Virus record (IMG/VR): IMGVR_UViG_3300037258_000282 | Span: 64,001 to 128,000 of that record | Source of the DNA: a virus | Strand: one strand, 5' to 3' | Length of the DNA: 64,000 nt | Part shown: positions 57,837 to 64,000 of the stretch, piece after piece | How the letters are laid out: the number at the start of each line of letters is the position of its first letter | Position numbering within the stretch: position 1 is the first letter of the stretch | Notes under the pieces: model-generated | Database searches by the model: none | Told to the model about the DNA's origin: nothing | Seen by the model: only the letters and a program-made list of their open reading frames with translations | Position numbers and translations under genes: made by a program

Positions 57837-59026
57837 CCCTGCTGATACCCTCCCTTGATGCACTCGAGGTTGCAGAGATATCTGGGCTGAACGTCGGGTC
57901 TTCGAATATCATGAGTGAGCTTAGATATCAGCCATCTTCCATACATCTGCTGTTCCCTTCCAGGATTTACGACCGCTATTACTTGAGGAATGTCGCAGAA
58001 GACAGTCTTTCCAGCCATCAGTACCGGATCTCCAATGCAACTCATCCTCATAAGCTGCTCCATCATCTGGGCCTTGTTTGTCATCTTATTTGGAATAGTG
58101 TCAGGCATGAAGCTCTTCGGAACATTCTGATTAGTGATATTGGGATTGACGTACCTGAAGATCGGCCGATTGGCGCCGGAGAACAGCGACGTAAAGCTCG
58201 ATAGAGTCGTTATCACCGTAGACGCAAGTTCAGTCACACCAGCTGGCGTAAAGTCTTGCTGCTTGAATTCGTGAGTATGAGTGTTGAACGTGAGAACCCG
58301 CTGTGCTATAGTTCCAGCCGACACACGGTTCATCGCGTCCATACTCTGAAGTACCTCCCAGGAGAGTATGTTGTCGTCGAGATTCGAGAAGAAGTCATGC
58401 CCGACCGTGTTTATCTGTGTGAATGTCTTAACGTCACCGGATCTAGTCATTCCCTCTATGGTCTGAAAGTTATATCCTCCGGCGTTCTGGAAGAACATAT
58501 AGTTTGATGAGCTCTGGTTCTGCTGAGAGACGGCCTCCTTTCTGAGCATCTCTATAGCTTCAAATACTGTTTGATTGGTGATGTTCATGTTTCGATTGCC
58601 TATGGTCTGCTCTACCGCTATGCCTGAACCTATCTTTTCAAAGATACTCTGAACCATAGACGATATCTGAGTGTTGAATGCCTGCTGAACCGTCGTGGCA
58701 GCTCCAGTCAGCACTTCCGTACCTACGCACACTAACTTATAGGTCTTGGCGTGAAGGGCTCCATGAGACTCTATCTCTCGAACTGAGTTGAGCGTGAGAT
58801 CGTAGTTAGCAGTCGCGCCATTTGGCTTAGAGAAGTTTAAGTTTACGCTCTCTCCACCAGACAGGTTGTATCCAGATATGGAGTCCGTAGAGTCTACTAC
58901 CTCTATCTCGGCCATGACTCCCGGAGTGAAGATGGTCTCCATGATCTGAGCAGAGAGAAAGTTTATTCTGGAGATGTCCCACCCTCCTACAGTGAGGGCG
59001 TTTATCTGTGCGTCACCAACGCTCAT
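57833..59026 (-). CDS. Baseplate hub protein (gp27-like)
   Basis: IMETIF, YMFFQNAGGYNFQTIE, GDPVLMAG, GRWLISKLTH. Confidence 0.7.
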   Translation of the reverse strand: MSVGDAQINALTVGGWDISRINFLSAQIMETIFTPGVMAEIEVVDSTDSISGYNLSGGESVNLNFSKPNGATANYDLTLNSVREIESHGALHAKTYKLVCVGTEVLTGAATTVQQAFNTQISSMVQSIFEKIGSGIAVEQTIGNRNMNITNQTVFEAIEMLRKEAVSQQNQSSSNYMFFQNAGGYNFQTIEGMTRSGDVKTFTQINTVGHDFFSNLDDNILSWEVLQSMDAMNRVSAGTIAQRVLTFNTHTHEFKQQDFTPAGVTELASTVITTLSSFTSLFSGANRPIFRYVNPNITNQNVPKSFMPDTIPNKMTNKAQMMEQLMRMSCIGDPVLMAGKTVFCDIPQVIAVVNPGREQQMYGRWLISKLTHDIRRPDVQPRYLCNLECIKGGYQQG

Positions 59027-59919
59027 TACACCACCGGAGTGTTAGACTGAAGTAGACCCTTCACCATAGTCACGAAGTTACTCAGGTACTGCGGTTGAAG
59101 TACGTTTATGATCTTGTTACCCTCGTTCTTAGCGTTTTCCCAATCATAATAAGTAAGTGGAGCCCAGTATGCCTGCGTATCCTCAGGTATGTTGTTGGAT
59201 ACTATAGCGAAGCTGGTAGTAGTGACGCTAACTCCACTCTGAAGGCCGGTAACAGTCGATCCATTCGCTACGGAAAAGCCATTAGAAGATCCATATGGAA
59301 ATTGTATGTGCTGAAGTATTAGAAAAGTTGGATCTGACTGCAGCACCTGGGCGTTTAAGTTTCCGGAAACCTGCGATATGTTCACTACCTCGTCAAAGAT
59401 GAACTTAGCGGTATCTCCATTCACTCCTACGTTTATCACAAAATTGGTAGTCGTAGTCCAGTCAGTGTTGGCTCTCGAATAGCTACTTGGATTAGCCGAG
59501 GTAGTGTAGTTAGGCTGCCAGTAACTCTGCTGATTCGCCGTCAGCGCCTCGTATCCAGCTGGAGTTATCGTACTCTGATCCAACCAGTTGTTTATAAAGT
59601 ACTTTATTCTCTGCTGCGCGATTGGAACAGAGCCATACTTGTCAATAATGAACGAGTTGAACTGGTCGGTGGATAGATACCAATCAAAATATGGATCAAT
59701 TATACCATTGCAGAGATATAAGACCCAAGACGCGTACGGATCTCCATATGCCGCATACGCGATGTTGTCTGGTCTGATTCCCTCGTTGAGCGTCAGCGGG
59801 TAGTAGAGGAAGGGGTTGCTGGTAGTCGTATTAGACACCACTACTCTCTCAGTTATATCTACCGCGACGCTATTAGAATATACGGTGTTGGAAAAGTTGG
59901 TAAAGTACGTAAGGGCCAC
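59026..59919 (-). CDS. 53: Baseplate wedge gp53
   Basis: YFTNF, RPDNIAY..YGDP..WVL...N.IIDP, YYDWE..KNE..K.I. Confidence 0.85.
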   Translation of the reverse strand: MALTYFTNFSNTVYSNSVAVDITERVVVSNTTTSNPFLYYPLTLNEGIRPDNIAYAAYGDPYASWVLYLCNGIIDPYFDWYLSTDQFNSFIIDKYGSVPIAQQRIKYFINNWLDQSTITPAGYEALTANQQSYWQPNYTTSANPSSYSRANTDWTTTTNFVINVGVNGDTAKFIFDEVVNISQVSGNLNAQVLQSDPTFLILQHIQFPYGSSNGFSVANGSTVTGLQSGVSVTTTSFAIVSNNIPEDTQAYWAPLTYYDWENAKNEGNKIINVLQPQYLSNFVTMVKGLLQSNTPVV

Positions 59920-60849
59920 TCACTGTCCCCCTGCGAACGTAGTTGGAGAGGATCCGATGTTCAAAAATGAGTTGAGTATGCTCTTAACTCCAGAAGTTAT
60001 CGTATTCTGAAGCTGCTCTATAGTGATATTGTTTACGGTAGTTCCAGTAAAGTCTGAATTAAGCCAGAATTCTACTTCCATCAGTGATATCCTGATCTCG
60101 GCCATAGTCGGCCCCTTCGTCGATCCAAAGAATGACGGCTGTCCCGCGGGAGTCCAATTGACTGAGAATGATTCTATTACGGCTGGCTTGAATATATACG
60201 TAAAGTTATTAGGATCATTGTTGGACACGACTATTAGCACGAGGCTTGGATAGGTCAGGAGCAGTCCTCCTGTAGCCGTTCCAGGAAGCTGGTTGGCCTT
60301 GAAAGTGTTCGCTATCGAGTTAAGAATCTGAGTCTCTCCAGGACTTACTGGAGTTAGCTGCCATGCAAACGAGTGCTTCTTAAATGATGGGGCCTCAAAC
60401 ATCACAGTCATAAATGGGTTTAGAGTCGCACCGAGAGCCTGAAGTGGATACTTTCCCAGGTTGGCAACGTCTGCCCCACCGAACTTATTAGCTAGCTTAC
60501 CAACGACAGATCCTCCTAGTGCCGCCGCAGCTCCGCCTATGGGATTACTGCTCCCAACTTGATTCATAGACATACCTATGGCTAGACCCATCTCAGTGGC
60601 GTTGAACCTCACGTCCTGTTGATCTACCATATTATTAGGAAGTGGAAGTCTTATAGTACCTAAGTCAGTGAGATTGACGTTGTTGTTGAACGTTACGGGA
60701 GTGTACTGATAGAATGAAAATGACATCCAGTATGGAAACGCGGACGAGCTTCCCAGATCGGATGGGAAGTTAAGCCCTCCGGTCGGGGATAAGTTAGCGT
60801 TGTTATTGAATACTGCGGTCAGATTAACTGCCGAAGCTGGAGTCGCCAT
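59920..60849 (-). CDS. 48: Baseplate tail tube cap gp48
   Basis: IRLPLP, NPFMTVMFEAPSFKKHSF.W, VNWTP; likely start ATG 60849. Confidence 0.8.
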   Translation of the reverse strand: MATPASAVNLTAVFNNNANLSPTGGLNFPSDLGSSSAFPYWMSFSFYQYTPVTFNNNVNLTDLGTIRLPLPNNMVDQQDVRFNATEMGLAIGMSMNQVGSSNPIGGAAAALGGSVVGKLANKFGGADVANLGKYPLQALGATLNPFMTVMFEAPSFKKHSFAWQLTPVSPGETQILNSIANTFKANQLPGTATGGLLLTYPSLVLIVVSNNDPNNFTYIFKPAVIESFSVNWTPAGQPSFFGSTKGPTMAEIRISLMEVEFWLNSDFTGTTVNNITIEQLQNTITSGVKSILNSFLNIGSSPTTFAGGQ

Positions 60850-60867
60850 TGGTATCCTTGAGTTTCC

Positions 60868-60889
60868 TATAAATACCATATTATTTATC
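60868..60889. promoter_or_regulatory. Opposite-strand late promoter pair at the strand switch
   Basis: TATAAATA on + (60868) toward gp4 and GATAAATA on - (60882-60889) toward gp48. Confidence 0.75.
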
Positions 60890-60907
60890 AAGAATCTGGA
60901 AGAGTAG

Positions 60908-61348
60908 ATGCAGGGGCGTTTTAAGTTAAAGCACCCAGAAAAATATAAGGGAAATGCTTCCAACGTAGTGTATCGAAGCAGTTGGGAGCTGAAAATTATG
61001 ATTCATCTCGATCATGATACCACTGTATCGAAGTGGAGCTCTGAGGAAAATGTAATAGCATACAGGTCTCCAGTAGACGGTCGACTTCACAGGTACTTTG
61101 TGGACTTTATGGTTGAAAGAGTAGACTCTTCTGGAAATAGAACTACTACTCTGATAGAGGTCAAACCTGAGAAAGAGACCGTACCTCCTAAAGTTACTAA
61201 GAACAAAAAATCAAGACACTTCATAACTGAGTCTATGACGTATGCCAAAAACTTAGCGAAGTGGGAGGCGGCTAAGAAGTACTGTGAGAGTCGTGGGTGG
61301 AAGTTCGTGATACTAACTGAGCGACATCTGTTCGGAAAGAAGAGCTAG
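60908..61348 (+). CDS. 4: Head completion nuclease gp4
   Basis: PEKYKG, YRSSWE, WSSEE, HRYFVDF, IEVKP, N.AKWEAA, LTERHL. Confidence 0.93.
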   Translation: MQGRFKLKHPEKYKGNASNVVYRSSWELKIMIHLDHDTTVSKWSSEENVIAYRSPVDGRLHRYFVDFMVERVDSSGNRTTTLIEVKPEKETVPPKVTKNKKSRHFITESMTYAKNLAKWEAAKKYCESRGWKFVILTERHLFGKKS

Positions 61349-61947
61349 TGGCAGATAATTTTCTTACGACTCTAAAGAAGAGAGCCAGGGGATTAGTACG
61401 AGTAGGCACCAAGAAGGCCTCTGACTGGTTCAGAGAGGCCGTAAAGGCGCTGTCTAAACCATCTGCCAGGCAGCTGATCGACCAGGCTGGTCCCTTTAAG
61501 AGATTCGAGACTCTATCTAAGAACTCGATAGGAAAGATGTATCTCTTTCAATATGATCCCAAACTTAAAGAAGTGTTACCATACTACGACATATATCCCC
61601 TGATATTTCCGATACAATACTACTCTGATGGCTTCCTAGGAATAAACTTACACTACCTTCCGATAACTCTTCGCATGAAGCTCATGAGAGAGCTCTACAC
61701 TATCGCTAACAACAAGAAGTTCGATAAGACTACAAAACTGCAGATCTCATACTCACTGCTGAATGGAGCGGCTAGGTTCTCCTACTTTAGACCGTGCGTC
61801 AAGAGATATCTGTTCAGCCACATCAGGTCGCCGTTCTTGTATATATCACCGGATGAGTGGGATATAGTACTATCTCTGCCGATCCAGAAGTTCAAGAAGG
61901 CCACGGCCGAGAAGGTATGGGAAGACTCGAGGAGGGCCGTTCAGTAA
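61348..61947 (+). CDS. 2: DNA end protector gp2
   Basis: GKMYLFQYDPK, LPYYD..PL, GINLHYL, PCVKRYL, VWEDSR. Confidence 0.93.
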   Translation: MADNFLTTLKKRARGLVRVGTKKASDWFREAVKALSKPSARQLIDQAGPFKRFETLSKNSIGKMYLFQYDPKLKEVLPYYDIYPLIFPIQYYSDGFLGINLHYLPITLRMKLMRELYTIANNKKFDKTTKLQISYSLLNGAARFSYFRPCVKRYLFSHIRSPFLYISPDEWDIVLSLPIQKFKKATAEKVWEDSRRAVQ

Positions 61948-62624
61948 TGCCGTTCAACGTAAGCACCTTCAAGCAGAACATATCTACATATGGCATCATT
62001 CAAGATAACAAGTATGACTTCAGCGTCAATTTTGGCTTCTCGGGTCCAGTTAGCACCGGATCCGCAGGCCTGCCATCGGCCGCGATCTCCTCGTCAAAGA
62101 TTCAGACGTCGGTTGGTCCGGTAACTATGTCCACTCTCGCGGCAGACCTATCAAATAGGTCCATTCTCACCAGTCTTCCATCGTTCATTCTCAGACCAAC
62201 GAACGTCAATAGATACGGTCTAGGACTGCTTGAGAGCATGCCGTTCACGGGAATGTACTCTGATCTTCCCGTTACATTTCTCGCTGACTCAAAGGGCGGC
62301 ATCTACAACTTCTTCTATAACTGGATGAGCTTTATATTCACCGGAAATGGACAGGCCGCTCCAGATGGAGTGTCGAATCAGATCACCCGCGGCAACTCAT
62401 ATTATACTATGGAGTACAAGTCGAACTATGCCGCGACCATAACTATTAAGGTCTACGACAACGCGGGAAACGTGTCTATGACTCACAACTTCTACAACGC
62501 CTTTCCGATATCTCTCAATGAAACTTCAGTTAGCTGGGAATCTACCAACAAGCTCATGAAATTATCTGTTACATTTTCCTATAAAGAATGGAAGATGACT
62601 AATTCAACACTAACATCACAGTGA
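61947..62624 (+). CDS. 54: Baseplate tail tube initiator gp54-like
   Basis: MPFNVSTFK, FYNWM, YKSNY, NAFPISL, VTFSYKEW; start ATG 61947. Confidence 0.8.
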   Translation: MPFNVSTFKQNISTYGIIQDNKYDFSVNFGFSGPVSTGSAGLPSAAISSSKIQTSVGPVTMSTLAADLSNRSILTSLPSFILRPTNVNRYGLGLLESMPFTGMYSDLPVTFLADSKGGIYNFFYNWMSFIFTGNGQAAPDGVSNQITRGNSYYTMEYKSNYAATITIKVYDNAGNVSMTHNFYNAFPISLNETSVSWESTNKLMKLSVTFSYKEWKMTNSTLTSQ

Positions 62625-62631
62625 GGAACTA

Positions 62632-63357
62632 TTGCTACCCAAGATAAACTTTCCTACTATCCTACTGACTATTCCATCGCGGGGAAATAAGGAAAAAAAG
62701 TTCTCGTTCAGACCTATGCTAGTCAGAGAAGAGAAGATCCTACTCATGGCCAAGGAGTCCGAGAGCGATACTGATATTCTTACTGCAGTGAGGCAGGTAG
62801 TTAATAACTGCGCTCTGGATCCTAATTTCGACGTCGATGATCTCGCTCTATTCGAGTTAGACTGGCTGTTCATTAGACTCAGAGCGTTCTCATCTAGTGA
62901 CACTATAGAAGTCTCTTATCGAGATAATCAAGAAAATAAAGTCTATGACTTTAAGATTAAGCTCGACGAAGTTCAGATAAAGTTCCCCGATGGCGCGCAA
63001 GCCGACGTGATAGAGCTCACGAAGACCGCGGGAATTACTCTAAGATATCCATCTGCAAAGTTATATTCAGACTCTAAGTTTCTGAACTCTCTAGATGGTG
63101 AGAAGTCCTTCTTTGACCTCGCGGCGCGATGCATCAAGAGCGTATACGATGGCGACTCAGTCATGTCTGCCTCAGATTTTTCACATGAAGAACTTATGGA
63201 GTTTATAGAGTCTATAGATATAAAGAGCTATAACAAGATACGAGAGTACCTCACTTTGGTACCTTCACTATACCATAGGCTCTCTTATGTTGACTCTAGT
63301 GGACAAGAAAAAGAGATCATCTTGTCTTCGTTATCAGATTTTTTTACGCTGCGCTGA
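62632..63357 (+). CDS. 26: Baseplate hub assembly protein gp26
   Basis: LPKI, FRPMLVREEKILLMA, LFIRLRA.S, LRYP, LSDFF. Confidence 0.9.
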   Translation: MLPKINFPTILLTIPSRGNKEKKFSFRPMLVREEKILLMAKESESDTDILTAVRQVVNNCALDPNFDVDDLALFELDWLFIRLRAFSSSDTIEVSYRDNQENKVYDFKIKLDEVQIKFPDGAQADVIELTKTAGITLRYPSAKLYSDSKFLNSLDGEKSFFDLAARCIKSVYDGDSVMSASDFSHEELMEFIESIDIKSYNKIREYLTLVPSLYHRLSYVDSSGQEKEIILSSLSDFFTLR

Positions 63358-63527
63358 GCTCGGCGTCACTAGAGAGCTATTATAAGACTTTATTCTCTCT
63401 GATGCAGCACCACAAGTGGGGTTCAATCGGAGAGATCGAGAGTATGATATTATTTGAAAGGGATCTTCTAGTAGATATGCTGATACAGTTTATCAAAGAA
63501 AAAGAAAGAGAGTTAGGGGAGCAATAG
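63339..63527 (+). CDS. 51: gp51-like hub assembly catalyst, in the -1 frame of gp26; start uncertain
   Basis: Not in track. Manual: SLESYYKTLFSLMQHHKWGSIGEIESMILFERDLLVDMLIQFIKEKERELGEQ*. Confidence 0.8.
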   Translation, partial: FFYAALSSASLESYYKTLFSLMQHHKWGSIGEIESMILFERDLLVDMLIQFIKEKERELGEQ

Positions 63528-64000
63528 TTGGCGTCACGACGTCCAAAAAGTATACTAAGTTCTATATTTCCAGAACTCACCGAAACCTCTAAGGAGGTGG
63601 CGCGCGAGGGGTTTGGCCATACTGTAGCTTCAGCGATCTTTCCATCTATCAGGTTCCATCGCTCACCCACACGCGCCACAGCGGCTCGCGAAAAGCCAAA
63701 AAAAGTCGTAGATAGAACCAGACAGACCGACGATGAGTTCAAGACGAATATCACGCTAGTAAAGCTAGCCCTAGACTCTATCTCTGCCTCTCAGAGAGAG
63801 GGAGCATTTATACTCAAGCAGGAGTTGAATCTAACAAAGAGGACTAACGCGCTCCTGGAATCTATACTAGCGAAGGGTGGTATTTCATCTAGTGGTTCTG
63901 GTTCTGGTGGAGGAGGCGGTCTACTTAGCGATCTAGGCACAGTAGCGGCTGGTATAGCCGGAGGTCTTGGGACAGTTAAAGGCGGACTAAAGTACGTCTC
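63528..64000 (+). CDS. Probable tape-measure/gp29-like protein, 5' part (runs off window)
   Basis: TTG with GGGGAG RBS, open to the end, GGGGGLLSDLG..; follows gp26/gp51. Confidence 0.5.
   Translation, partial: MASRRPKSILSSIFPELTETSKEVAREGFGHTVASAIFPSIRFHRSPTRATAAREKPKKVVDRTRQTDDEFKTNITLVKLALDSISASQREGAFILKQELNLTKRTNALLESILAKGGISSSGSGSGGGGGLLSDLGTVAAGIAGGLGTVKGGLKYV

Noticed and set aside
179-60253. Many short + strand ORFs in the track (e.g. 5610-6065, 6825-7355, 19123-19596, 36228-36791)
   Set aside because: Antisense shadows of well-supported - strand genes with no recognisable motifs.
1-64000. TAG stop-codon reassignment
   Set aside because: TAG precedes some odd starts but also terminates conserved genes at expected ends (gp46, gp55), and core genes are unbroken in the standard code.
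1-64000. tRNA or rRNA genes
   Set aside because: None recognised; intergenic gaps are short and lack cloverleaf motifs, though no tRNA scan was run.

Overview
64 kb from the core of a T4-like (T4 supergroup) myophage genome; a proteobacterial, possibly alphaproteobacterial, host is only an inference. Nearly all genes lie on the - strand up to ~60.9 kb, then switch to + at a pair of back-to-back late promoters. Order: (1) a DNA hypermodification/nucleotide cluster (Agt-like glycosyltransferase, cytidylyltransferase, HAD-kinase fusion, UDG-like protein, dCMP deaminase, gp42 dCMP hydroxymethylase, LpxH-like phosphoesterase, GT2, Nmad1-like, MazG-like, amino-MTase, DenV-like, peptide deformylase); (2) gp46, gp47, gp55, a promoter-driven hairpin-rich intergenic element, uvsW, uvsY, gp3; (3) a Hef-like endonuclease, then gp23, gp22, gp21, core proteins, intein-containing portal gp20, gp19 to gp13; (4) GH19 lysin, tailspike/fibre genes, split VrlC-like genes and baseplate genes; (5) gp4, gp2, gp54, gp26, gp51 and the start of a probable tape-measure gene. 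Highlights: a candidate novel hmC hypermodification pathway; a structured CACTG-repeat element behind a perfect antisense sigma70 promoter; a probable -1 frameshift joining gp26 and gp51; ATA, ATT and CTG start codons; an HNH intein in the portal; a putative protease-cleaved internal polyprotein. Family calls come from motif recognition by eye; no database searches were run.
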